Notes: a model not told the origin generated them from the sequence alone. Counted from the first letter of the whole stretch, positions 1 through 12,323 are shown. The stretch: DNA of 63,820 bases, filler included, from Octopus bimaculoides (GCF_001194135.2; 5 parts of 5 records of this genome joined end to end with filler, not necessarily neighbours in it); one strand, 5' to 3'. Translations and numbers: made by a program.

Positions 1-72
1 ATATATATACATATATCTAACAACATGAAATATGAAAAAAATTGTTGTATACAGTGCTCTGGTGCACTACAA

Positions 73-1797
73 CTAAGAAAAAATGCCATCATGTGTACTG
101 TTGGCGGATTTCAGGAAACATGGACATTTTGAAAGATGTAGTGTGTCGACAGCTAACAACTGATGCGAATAGTTTATTCCATGCTTCAACAGTTCTGAGC
201 GTGAAAAAATGTTTCTGAAAGTCATGGGTACTGTGTTGCTTTTTGAGAGCATATCCACAAGTGTTTGACATATGGAATTCAAAAAGGTGCTCAAAGTTGT
301 TGGATAATTTTGTGGTGTCTACCAAGTCAGTTGCTAGACGTCTGAGATTCAATGTGTCCATGCCCAGGAAAGCAAGACGTTCAGAGTATGGTAGATTCAT
401 AACGGTAGTTATTCGTTTTGTTACTCTTTTCTGACTTCAGCCAGTTATAGAGATCGTCTGTCACACCCGTTGAGAGAGTTTTGCCATGAGTTGTTTCTAT
501 GGCACAGAATTGAAGGTTTTAGCAAAGTCAAGGTGGATAAAATCGACCCAGAAGCCGCCATAAGTAACTCAGATGATGTTCTTAAGAAACTCGATGAGTT
601 GGCTACAGCAGCTGGAGTTATGGATAAATCCATATTGCGAGGGTCGAATAGGGCTGTGAGAGCTTCAACAGTTTCAGAGTGTTTCTTTGACACAGGACTC
701 CATCAGTTTGGCTATGCAGCCAATAAGGCTGACTGGACGATAGATGATAGGTGATGTGCGATCACCTATTTTGAACAAGGAAACGACATAGAATTTTCCA
801 GTGCTCTGGAGTGACACAGTTGTTAAGGCAGAATTGAAATAAGAATGAAAGCTGGTGCAAAAGGAAGAGCCAGCCACGTTTGAGAAGCAAATAAATACCA
901 CCATCAGACCAGGAGACGCATAGTTGCGTTTATTCTCGAGGTGGTGTCGCAGCATTGCGGGTGTGAATTTCACAGATGTTATGGAATTTGATGTTAGAGT
1001 TGGTGAAGAAGATACATTTGGATCTTCAACAATAAAAATGCCAGTATAGCATTCAGCAATAAGATCAGCACATTCCTTGGGGTCATCAGTAATCCGATCT
1101 GTGGGGAGAATTTTAAAGTGGGCCAAACGGAGAGTGAAGTCCCTGTTTCGAACGTACATATTTCCGGAACACATTGTTGTCAGGGCTTTTTAGCTTTACG
1201 TTGTTTAAACACTGCCTTTTTTTGTCACTTGTTTGAGATATTGGATGAACTATCGCGTCTTCTGTTCTCATTTCTTCTATGCTGTCCATATTTCTGTTCA
1301 GCATCATGACAATCTTTCTTGGCAAGTCGAACTGCTGCTGCACTCTCCCAAATGGCACTTCTTTGATTTTCAGGGCGTTTGCGCCGTACCGATGCTTCAC
1401 ATGCAGCCCAGATTGCACTGAGGATATTTTGAAAAACAGTATTGACGTCCTCGGAATCATAATTCAAATCAGTTTGGGTGATGTAACTCATCACGTTAAC
1501 AGTTTCAGCCTGCTTTGTACCAGTCAAATCGAGTGTTTTGGAGGTGGTGGTGCTTCTCTAAGAGACAGATTGGCTATGATCATAGTATGAATGGAGTCGC
1601 CTAGAGGTTTTTTGGCACTGATAACAGTTTCAAGAGTAATTGGTAAATAGCAGGCCCAAAGTGTCGTTACGTCTTGTATAGAAGGTGACTACTTGAAACC
1701 AGTTTGCGTCTAGTACTACTTCAAGGAAATCGTCTGCACTTTGCAGCCAACGAAAAGTTTTCCAATCAATTTCAGGGTAGATGAAGTCACCGTGAGT
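73..1797 (-). mobile_element. Degenerate CR1-clade LINE fragment (APE endonuclease C-terminal half, RT N-terminal part, internally deleted, then RT C-terminus)
   Basis: Minus-strand translation gives GDFIYPEIDW...FLEVVLDANWFQVVT...DTLGLLFTN (APE), LFKIGDRTSPIIYRPVSLIGCIAKLMES and LDFAKTFNSVP (RT), then KRVTKRI..NLPYSERLAFLGMDTLNLRRLATDL (CR1 C-terminus). Stops and frameshifts throughout. Confidence 0.9.
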
Positions 1798-2537
1798 GTG
1801 CATTCACGCACGCACACACACATGTTTGTATGTGTGTGTTGTTAGGTCACTTGTGAGGTCTCTCATGAATGCTACTGGTTACATGGAACCCAATACAACA
1901 TGCTGCATTTGGAGTCAACGGTGACTAAACCGGCAACCCCAGCTGGCTTGCCCGGTGAGGTGTGTCGCTGGAAACCAAACAGGACTAAAAACAAAACCTG
2001 TCAAAAGGACGGATTAGCCTAGCGTAGGTTCAACGACCATCTACTAATATCACGGTCCTTAAGAACTTCGAAGACGATGTCTAGCGTGCTGGATGACCAG
2101 TGGGTGTGAGGCACGCCTTAGGTCTTTTTAAAGTATGTATTTTAGAGAAGGTCACGCTGATATAATACCAGATACGTAGAGAATGGCACTGAATATTTTG
2201 GGTATCTTTTGCTAGCGCTTGAGATTATGGTGATTCGACATTCTAGACCCTGCAAATCATATTGGCACTGGATATCTTATGCTGTCTTGTCTCTGGATCG
2301 TGTCACTAGGCTGAAGAGACTCGTGAGTCGTTGTAAAACCCTTATTGCGCCTAAAACTTTAGGTTGTGCAATCGCCGGTGATGCATCTTTCCGATGCGCA
2401 GTCGAGTAGATGGGCAATGCGAACCCCGGTGACGTCCATCGCATGTGCATTAAACTCATACATTGGTATTGTTGGCATTTTACATGGGCAACGATTAGTG
2501 ACTGCTTTCCTCGGTCACGAGAAGACAACCATCATCA

Positions 2538-2648
2538 TGTATGTATGTATGTATGTATGTATGTATGTATGTATATGTATGTGTGTGTGTGTGTGTATGT
2601 GTGTGTGTTTATGTATGTATGTATGTATGTATGTATGTATGTATGTAT
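2538..2648. repeat. Compound (TATG)n/(TG)n microsatellite
   Basis: Direct reading. Confidence 0.95.
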
Positions 2649-2807
2649 TGGTGAAGAAGGTACATTTGGATGCCAGTATAGCATTCAGCAATAAGCTCAG
2701 TACATTCCTTGGGGCCATCAGTGATCCGAGCTGTGTGGAGATGTTAAATTGGGCCAAACGGAGAGTGAGGCCTTTGTTTCGAAAGTACATATTTCCAGAA
2801 TACATTT
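2649..2807 (-). mobile_element. Second short CR1 fragment, homologous to 1001-1172
   Basis: Aligns by eye to 1001-1172 (ggtgaagaag..catttgga..gccagtatagcattcagcaataag..gggccaaacggagagtga..gtacatatttcc), with scattered substitutions and a ~16 bp indel. Confidence 0.85.
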
Positions 2808-4014
2808 CCATATTTTCTATTGAATAGTGTCATAATTAAAGACGATAGGTTTTAATTTTAGGGAAAGGTAGCTCCAATATCTAGCGGACTAATTGTTGGC
2901 TCGCAGTGAAATCTGGTGTTATCTCGTCCTAGATCGATCGTAGTTGAAAATCTGCAACCTAGAGTATTCCTACCGTGACAATCTCTTCGTTTCTATATTA
3001 GGAAACATATTGATCAGGATTGCTTTTATTTAAGGGTGTGATTTGTGTAGTTTTGGCTGTTATATTCAGCAGATTGAGTGACAAATGAAGTGTGCGTATT
3101 TACCTATCTCTGACATATCTGATGGTAAAAGTATTTAGTGTTAAAAAGAGCGTTCACAAAACGTAGAATAATCTGTTCTATTATTTATGTAAATAAATAG
3201 ATTGCAGACGAAAAAACCCCAAAAACGTTAAAATGTAAACTGACTAAAAATATAACAAAACTATATTATATTTTGATTTACATTTTAATTTAGAAATATT
3301 TTTTGTACATTATTTAATGTATTTCGTGTTGTATATATTAATGAAATTTTCTCACTTCAATGATAGTAAATATATATATCGCTACGAATTATGAAGTAAC
3401 ATGCTGTTACGAAAAATACATCGATTGGGATAGTATTTAATTGAAGAACTAACGGTTCCCGTTTCAATCTCCGTCTTCGACAAATGGATGAGTGTTTGCG
3501 CTGTTCTGTAAATTATTACTAATAGAAATTTCTATAGTTTTACCTTGGCTGTGTGATAGAAGGAGCGGTTTCAACCCCATACAAATCAACGCATAATCTA
3601 TATTATAATAATACAAGTATATATCATAGCAATGTATATATTGAAACATTAATATACTCAGGATTGGACTGAAAGGTTTTGAAGTAATATTACATATGCT
3701 AAAAGCATCCTAAATGAGTAGATGCTAGTTCAAAAATATTTAATTTTTCTATATTTCGATGGCGAGTGTTGTTGGTAAAACAAGAGAGAACTGTCTTTCT
3801 TGCAATCTTCTACTTGAAACTGTTTGTGCAAAATATCGGCAACAATCTCTTTGGTCTGGACGTGGGCGGTGGAGAGCAACGAAGTCCATTGCAATCACTC
3901 CTTTCTCCAGACCTAGCTAGGAATGGCCAGTCAATTCACGTGATACTTTAATGAGAACGTCGTTCGGTTGATCGTGCAAATGGGCCTTTTATATATTGAA
4001 ATCAGTTTCTGAAT

Positions 4015-4101
<87 letters not shown>

Positions 4102-4166
4102 GGTGGCACTCAGTCGGTTACGACTGCGAGCCCGCTACTCTTACCACTGGGCCATTGCACCTCCAC
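4102..4166 (-). mobile_element. Internally deleted mini-SINE (tRNA head fused to 3' terminus, family of 23538-23903)
   Basis: Reverse complement GTGGAGGTGCAATGGCCCAGTGGTAAGAGTAGCGGGCTCGCAGTCGTA matches the head of the 23538-23903 SINE and runs straight into ACCGACTGAGT, which resembles the 3' terminus seen at 24239. Confidence 0.7.
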
Positions 4167-4437
4167 ACACACACAAGTGTGTGTGNNNNNNNNNNNNNNN
4201 NNNNNNNNNNNNNNNNNNNNNNNNNNNNNNNNNNNNNNNNNNNNNNNNNNNNNNNNNNNNNNNNNNNNNNNNNNNNNNNNNNNNNNNNNNNNNNNNNNNN
4301 NNNNNNNNNNNNNNNNNNNNNNNNNNNNNNNNNNNNNNNNNNNNNNNNNNNNNNNNNNNNNNNNNNNNNNNNNNNNNNNNNNNNNNNNNNNNNNNNNNNN
4401 NNNNNNNNNNNNNNNNNNNNNNNNNNNNNNNNNNNNN

Positions 4438-4587
4438 NCATTGGATCTTAATTATGAAAAAATATGAAACCATTATTCTATGCTAATTTAGTTAATTGTA
4501 AGATAGAAATTTAAATGTAATAAAATGTTTTAAAAACAAATTAAAGTGCCTACGTGATAACTGTAAACTGACTTTTGGGCCACCTTG
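4438..4587. mobile_element. One end of a Tc1/mariner-type MITE
   Basis: Terminus GACTTTTGGGCCACCTTG followed by TA resembles the TIR of the 5378-5574 MITE. The other end is probably in the N gap. Confidence 0.55.
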
Positions 4588-4664
4588 TATATATACAGAC
4601 ACACACGCACACACACACACGCGTATATATACATACATACATACATACATACATACATACCTAT

Positions 4665-4800
4665 ATATAAGGAGAGAATTCACAAAATACAAAAGACGAA
4701 GACAGGTGGTGCAGACAACAAACAGATGTATTAGTTTAACGCTCGGCAAGTGAAAGAGTCTTTAACATTTCGATCCTACGCTCTTCCACAGAATAGAATA
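4665..4800 (-). mobile_element. Short non-autonomous PLE-terminus-like element with degenerate hammerhead motif (same family as 7441-7608)
   Basis: Reverse complement aligns to 7480-7610: ctgtggaagagcgtaggatcgaaatgttaaagact...ccgagcgttaaactaata...caccacctgtcttcgtc...attctctcc, then TA repeats. Confidence 0.75.
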
Positions 4801-5377
4801 CAGAAAGGAACACAAACGTCTCAAAAGTGAATAGATACAATCAGTTTTTGAAAGATTCAATTCTATAAACAAAATAATATCATTTGATGTTTTTACTTAG
4901 TAGACATGCTTTCTGCAAATGTAATATATTTGGGCATTTTAAAAACGAGTTCTGTCCGCACAGATAAAACAGTATAACCAGGGGTGTCTATTCACTTTTG
5001 AAATCTTTGTACTATGTAGTGCCACCCCGTCCAGCTGCTTATGTAACTGACAATGCCAAAGTTTGGCACGAGTTTTATATATATATANNNNNNNNNNNNN
5101 NNNNNNNNNNNNNNNNNNNNNNNNNNNNNNNNNNNNNNNNNNNNNNNNNNNNNNNNNNNNNNNNNNNNNNNNNNNNNNNNNNNNNNNNNNNNNNNNNNNN
5201 NNNNNNNNNNNNNNNNNNNNNNNNNNNNNNNNNNNNNNNNNNNNNNNNNNNNNNNNNNNNNNNNNNNNNNNNNNNNNNNNNNNNNNNNNNNNNNNNNNNN
5301 NNNNNNNNNNNNNNNNNNNNNNNNNNNNNNNNNNNNNNNNNNNNNNNNNNNNNNNNNNNNNNNNNNNNNNATATATA

Positions 5378-5574
5378 AATGGTTGGCCAAAAGTCACCTG
5401 AAAGTAAATCAAAACCATTTAATTTGAATGAATTCAATTAAAACATCTAAATATAAAACATCATGAAATTTGTTCAAATTGAAGTCCTTCTCGAGCGACA
5501 CATTCTTCCATTCGAATTACAGATCGTATTTATGGAATTTTCATTTACTGTCGAGTGACTTTTGGCCAACCCTG
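5378..5574. mobile_element. Tc1/mariner-superfamily MITE (~197 bp)
   Basis: 20-bp TIRs (right copy rc CAGGGTTGGCCAAAAGTCAC; left copy has 2 mismatches), flanked by TA on both sides. Confidence 0.85.
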
Positions 5575-5617
5575 TATATACATCTATCAGTAGGGTATTT
5601 AAATACCATTTACTATA

Positions 5618-5851
5618 ATCGGAGCCGCCGCTCCAAAACCACCAGTAACTCACTATTAAGATGCACACGGGCAATACAATGAACACAGGAGAAACAGACT
5701 TACTTTGCGTGGAATACATAAGTAAGGAATGTATATTTCAGCATCATTTGCTTTCACTTTCTTATGACATACATACTCGTGTGTGTTCATTGCACTGCCC
5801 GTGTGTAGCTTGATAGTGAGTTACTGGTGGTTACGGAGCGATGGCTCCGAT
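5618..5851. repeat. Long inverted repeat / foldback MITE-like element (70-bp arms, 94-bp spacer)
   Basis: 5618-5687 vs reverse complement of 5782-5851: 61/70 identical by manual alignment. Confidence 0.85.
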
Positions 5852-7440
5852 GGTGATTTGGTTGGTATTTCTAGCAGTTAGAGTGACTCTGCTAACGATC
5901 TCTTGCTGGTTCGTAGCTTCTTTATTTGTATAAGTCCCGATCAGTCTAAATCGAGCAGATATGTGGTAAGAAGGCATTTTAACTGTCCTGTATTTTCATA
6001 TATCAAAGACTTTATTGCTGAATGAGACTTCTTTTATGGCCCAAATATCTATAATATAACTAATAAAGGTGCATATAAAAAGACATTGTATGTACACATA
6101 TATATAAAGAAAGATACATAAATTAAATATGTATATGTATGTACGTATATGTGTATGTGTGTGTGTGTGTGTATTTATATATATATATATGCATACATTC
6201 ATAAATCCATACACATACATATGTATATAGGTATACATACATTCCTATATATATATGAGAAGAGTGAGAGAGAAAGAGAAGGAACGAGAGAGACAGTGGG
6301 AGAGAGAGAGAGAGGAAGAGCGTAAGAGAAAGGGAGAGACTGTGTAAAGTGAAAATCAATAACAACAAGAAAACGTCTGATACAGCACTTAGTGAAACTG
6401 AAAGCTGGTGGTGAAAGTTACTGCATCTTGTAGTATAGCTATTGGAGCTAAAGTAACAAACCACGGAAAGAAATAAAAATATGTATGTATGTACATACAT
6501 ATGTATCTATGTATGTACTATTCTATTTTTAATTATTTGAAATATTCCTGAAAGGAAGGAGCTGATTTCTAAAGAAGATGTATGTAAGCCTTTGCCTCTT
6601 CTTCCTTTATCTCTATTCCAAATTCTACGTCACTCAGTGTAGTGCAGCCTCATAGCAGAGAAAATATACAAAGTGCTGGTTTAAAAAGCATTGAGAAATC
6701 TGTAGGTAAATGCAACTTTCCATCTGATTTGAAATGAACTAAGGACATTATCAATCTGTAGAATTATTTTTGAAATATTTAAATGTCTATGTTTTTCTTT
6801 TTTTTTTCAAATCAAGAAATTTATCAGTTTTTCATATATTCTTATCCACTTTTATAAAATCTTTCGAGTAATTTTTATCCACTTTACTCAACTTTTACCA
6901 GTTTCTATTTTGCAAAAAAATATTTTCACATAATTTCTCTATTTTCATCTACTCTTATCAACTCGTATATAATATAATTACTTCTCTGGAACGCTTTGTA
7001 CCAATGACGATACGAACTACGCAAAACAACAGTACAGATATATAGGGTATAAGTGCTAAAATTAGAATAAATTATTAAAAATAGATAAGGAAAAAGAAAT
7101 ACGCGATTTGTTAAATTTTTTTCTGAAGAAAAGAGAGAGTAAAACAGAACTCAGTTTTTTTTTTCAATGAATGAAGAACAGTGGTTGGAAAATCATTTAA
7201 CGTTAGGGGGAAAATCTCAACGAAAGAGACGTTAGACACCTCAGATATGCGAGCTGAGTGTACAATAATCGAAACAGCAGATGCAAGACTTCCAACCTAA
7301 GAGACAGTTGTTGATATAAAGGAGTTTCGTTAGTTCACTTATTCTCGCAAACAAACGCCGCACGGATATGTTTTGGAATGAACTTTTCACCCATTTTTGC
7401 ATCATATATATGCATATATATATATATATATATATATATT

Positions 7441-7608
7441 TCAATTTTTTTTCTCCGTGTTTTTCTCCTTGTCTCCGTATTCTTTCTGTTGAAGAGCGTA
7501 GCTCGAAACGTCAAAGACTTTCCGTATTCCCGAGCGTCATACTAATATATACTTTTGTTATTTACACCACCTGTCCTCGTCTGTTGTTATTTTTTGTATA
7601 TTCTCCCA
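7441..7608 (+). mobile_element. ~170-bp non-autonomous element inserted in (TA)n, carrying a minimal hammerhead motif
   Basis: (TA)n on both sides, a second copy at 4665-4800, and the hammerhead-like fold described in the next feature. Confidence 0.75.
7481..7517 (+). ncRNA. Minimal type-I hammerhead ribozyme motif, variant core CUGUUGA
   Basis: Helix I TCTTT(7481-85)/AAAGA(7513-17); core CTGTTGA 7486-92; helix II GAGC-gta-GCTC 7494-7504; GAAA 7505-08; palindromic ACGT helix III; GUC cleavage triplet ending at 7512. Confidence 0.65.
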
Positions 7609-8079
7609 TATATATATATATATATATAAATTCAATAATAGGACGAATTCTTTTACAAGAATTTATCAAGTAGCTNNNNNNNNNNNNNNNNNNNNNNNNN
7701 NNNNNNNNNNNNNNNNNNNNNNNNNNNNNNNNNNNNNNNNNNNNNNNNNNNNNNNNNNNNNNNNNNNNNNNNNNNNNNNNNNNNNNNNNNNNNNNNNNNN
7801 NNNNNNNNNNNNNNNNNNNNNNNNNNNNNNNNNNNNNNNNNNNNNNNNNNNNNNNNNNNNNNNNNNNNNNNNNNNNNNNNNNNNNNNNNNNNNNNNNNNN
7901 NNNNNNNNNNNNNNNNNNNNNNNNNNNNNNNNNNNNNNNNNNNNNNNNNNNNNNNNNNNNNNNNNNNNNNNNNNNNNNNNNNNNNNNNNNNNNNNNNNNN
8001 NNNNNNNNNNNNNNNNNNNNNNNNNNNNNNNNNNNNNNNNNNNNNNNNNNNNNNNNNNNNNNNNNNNNNNNNNNNNNNN

Positions 8080-8113
<34 letters not shown>

Positions 8114-8174
8114 ATTGTTTTCGTTCCAGCACAGGATCTCAGATCAGGTCACTTGCTATGCAAGTACATCTCCG

Positions 8175-8224
<50 letters not shown>

Positions 8225-8959
8225 ATGTATGCATGTACGGTTGAGTGGACAAACGAAAGATGGGTGCTCAACAATTCTCAACGCTTGATTTGCGCGTGGA
8301 TACTCACGCACGCGAATGTATATGTGCATGCACATATGTGTGCACGCGCACACTGGTATGCATGGGTACATGCATGCGAAAATGCAAACATGTAGATATG
8401 AATGCACATGCATGTGCGTGTGTGGTTGCGTGTATGTGTGTGCATGTGTGCGTATGTGCGTGTGTGTATGCGTGTGCATGCGTGCGTGTTCGTGCTAGCG
8501 TGTGTGAGTGTGTGTGTGCGTGTGCAGACATACGCGTGCGCGCCCATGTACAGAGGCGCACCCTCGCATCAATACAGATATGCACGCAAAACCATATGAG
8601 CGCATCTGCAACCCATATATAGAACTATACACTTGCACATAACGCCCCTTCCTACTTCCGTCAAACAACCTGACGAATTCCCTATCCCCTCGTGATTTAT
8701 TTCCTGTTCTCCACGTGGTCAAGTTCCTGTTCACAATGTGGTATTTTCCAACTGTTATCCATATACTAACATCAAACCACGACACCGCGTGAGCTTCCAC
8801 CACCGATCGCAGCCAACCTTACGCTAATAACAATCAACTTCTGTTATTCAAATTCAAAATTGCTGACGACTAGCATCACGGTTGAAATTCAAGAGTACCA
8901 ACGACTTTGAATCATACTGTTTTGATCCATATATATTATAAGAATAGATACGGAAATAA

Positions 8960-11185
8960 AGATACGAAATAGCTTAAAAACATTTTAAGTCACGAAAATA
9001 TTCCCCATATAACAGACACCTCGAAGCTTTTGAAGACCAGATATGGGAAGCAGTTAGGAACATCAAGTTTGAGAAACACCCACTTAGAAACCAACACATG
9101 CGAAAACATTATCTCGGATTTAAAATCTAAAGATGGAATATTAGTTAACTCTGACAAAAGAGGAAATCTATACAATGTGAAAATTATACAGTGATCTCAT
9201 TTAGAAAGAAGTAACTAAAAAATACAAAATAGTTAATAGGAATATACTTAGATATATTAATTTAGAATGTAAGAAAAAAAAATGTGTGAATATAATATTG
9301 ATCAACTGACTGAAACTTTGTCCCTCTGAGACCTAGAATATTTCTAAAGGACTACAAATGCAATTTCCAGACTAACCCTAAATTAAGACTTAATTGCCCA
9401 GCAAAATCCGACATAGGTAAATTGATTTTAGATAACTATATAGTCCAACTAAATAATAAATTAAGATTAGAGCTGTGGCCTAGTATACAAGAAGCAATGA
9501 GCTGGTTCCATAGAAAATATAATAAGGATAGAAAGATTTATTCTGGTAGATATAATGACTATTACTCCTCAATAAATCCCACAGTACTAAATAGTGCTCT
9601 CATCTTTGTTAAGCGTCATACTAACCTATCTCCCCATGAAATTGATATTATACTTACAGCGTGTATATCATTAATCAAATTTCACAATAAATACTGGGCT
9701 ACGAAGGGTACACCCGATTACGTCGACATACCTATGGGCTCGACCGACTCGGCGCATGTCACCGATATTGTAAGAATATATTTACTGAATAAGTTTAATA
9801 GTGAATTCCCGGAAAAAGGCGGTGGGGCTTTATCGAGATGATGCATTATTTATTACCAAAACTACCAATAATAGAAAACTAGAACATTATAAGAAAAAAT
9901 TTCATAGATTCTTCAATAGGTTTGGTCTTAAAATTTCTGTCGGTAATGGGCACAGTTCAGTAAAATTTCTAGATGTCAACCTTAACTTACTCACAGGTAC
10001 CCATGCACCATATCATAAACCCAATTCTAAATTGACATATATAAATATGAATAGTAATCACCCAATAATCATCACAAATTGCTTAGTTAAGAATATTCGA
10101 TGTAGAATTAACTATCTTTCATCTAGTCAAGAGATTTTTAAGATAAATAAAGACTATTATAACATAGCATTCGCTACGCAGGATACAAACAAAAGATTAA
10201 ATTTGACACACATAAATATAACCCGCAGATTGATAACCAGATAAATGAAAAATTGATGATAATAAATAAAAATGAACCATAAACTAACATTAACAAGAAT
10301 AAAAATAGAAATAAAAGTTATTGCAATTATAACGGTAATAATAATTCGAATTACAATCAACAGGAATCCAACTACCGGCTAAACAATCTAAAAACTAAAG
10401 TATCCTTAAAACGTAAGAAACATATTCCATACACACGGAAACAACGAGGAATACCTGAACAAGAATGATAATAATAATATCTGGCTTATATTACCTTACG
10501 GCAAGGAGATAAGGACTAACCTCGTCCGACTAATTCGTTCAATCACTAATAAATATTTCACTTCTAATAAATATAGTACTATAATTAATAATAAAATGAT
10601 ATGGATTGGATTTTCAGTAACTAAAAACCTATTTCGACATATAGCATCTTTTACTAATGTAAAACGTGATGCATATTACACAAATAGAAACAACCCCACT
10701 CCAAATACGAACACAAATGATATGCAAAGAAATATAAATGCCAGATATAATATATGAACAATATATTATGAACAGTAATACAAACACAAATAACACATCT
10801 AATAACTATTGAAATGCTTTACAGAATTACCGTAAACGTAAAAGCCTAGTATACCAAGCAACCTTTGAAGCAGAAGGCAAAATCTGTATTATGTCGGAGC
10901 AACATCGTATTATGTGAAATCTAGACATGCGAACCATCAGAGCTCCTTCAGAAATGCTAATAAGCAAAATAGCACTGGCCTAAGTAAATTTATCTGGAAA
11001 CTAAAAAATAGCAATATAACTTATAAAATTACGCGTATAAGCCACCGGCCAAAACCTGCTCATTTTGCGTAGATGAGACGTACAACATTTTATTTTCTTA
11101 GAATAAACTTTTAAATGATAGATCCGAGAAAATTTTCCAATACTTACATGTACAGAAATATATGTTTTCTAAATATGAATAATTC
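8960..11185 (+). mobile_element. Penelope-like retroelement (RT plus C-terminal GIY-YIG endonuclease), pseudogenised, resembling the Hydra-type C-terminal-EN PLEs
   Basis: GILVNSDKRGNLY; LRLN..SKSDIGK; VDIPMGSTDSAHVTDIV; GLYRDD; FLDVNLNL..PYHKPN..YINMNSNHP; then LVYQA...YYVGAT...RHANHQSSFRN..NSTGLSKFIWKLK and CSFCVDE..LLNDRSE (GIY-YIG). Several frameshifts and stops. Clade assignment is from recall of motifs only. Confidence 0.9.
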
Positions 11186-11338
11186 ACCACTTCCTTTCTC
11201 GCAAAAAAATAATAATATATAATACATCCTATATAAATACCCTAATATATTCTATATAAACCTAACAACTCTAATTATAAACACTTTCCACCTTAATCAC
11301 ATATTTTTTGAATATAAATCTTTCCTTTTAATGTTTCA

Positions 11339-11570
11339 TATTTCTTTATTGCCCACAAGGGGCTTAACATAGAGAGGACAAACAAGGACAGACAAAGGGA
11401 TTGAGCCGATTACGTCGACCCCAGTGCACAACTGGTACTTAATTTATCGACCCCCGAAAGGTTGAAAGGCAAAGTCGACCTCGGCGGAATTTGAACTCAA
11501 AACGTAGCGACGGGCGGAATACCGCTCAGCATTTTGTCCGGCGTGCTAACGTTTCTGCCAGCTCACTGCC
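11339..11570 (-). mobile_element. tRNA-derived SINE family A, full length, with 18-bp TSD
   Basis: Head rc GGCAGTGAGCTGGCAGAAACGTTAGC; B-box-like GAGTTCAAATTCC; TSD TTTCCTTTTAATGTTTCA 11321-38 / TTTCCTATTAATGTTTCA 11571-88. Confidence 0.85.
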
Positions 11571-12235
11571 TTTCCTATTAATGTTTCAATCGCACAATAA
11601 GTATTACCCATATACTCTCTAAATATAATTTATCATTTTGTAACCCACTCTTAATACCGTTAGAGATATATTAGAGATATACTTATAATCCATATTCTTA
11701 TTCCCATAATATTACTTAACTCTTTAAGATATATTTTCTAATGTTTAATAGCTAATTTTTAAATTCCATTTTTCAAAAACTTAATCCCAAATTCAAACCA
11801 TTTTATATCAACTTAATACAACCTTTCCAATACCCCCTGCAATGTTAATTTGCACTATATACATTTTCCAAATTAACCATCTCCTTACATACTTGATTAT
11901 ACATTTATGCATGTACCTAAATATCGTAAGTTCACCCATATAAGTACATATAATTACATAAAATGTAATTATAGATACCATCAACAAACTTTACACTCAT
12001 ATTTTCTGCACGCTCCACTTAATTACTATGTATACAAGCATTCTATATGATATATGTACCAACACTAACATCAATCACCTATTTGAAGACTTTACCTTAC
12101 TAACACTACACTCTACTATTAATATAAATTTATATATAATATTAATTATACCTTAATATCAATAATAACCTAGGCTCTACCAGACGCATAGTTTATATTC
12201 ATACCTACAGTATACTTCGTTTGCATAAAGATAAT

Positions 12236-12236
12236 A

Positions 12237-12322
<86 letters not shown>

Positions 12323-12323
12323 T
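12236..12323. repeat. (TGA)n-(TAA)n microsatellite
   Basis: Direct reading. Confidence 0.95.
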
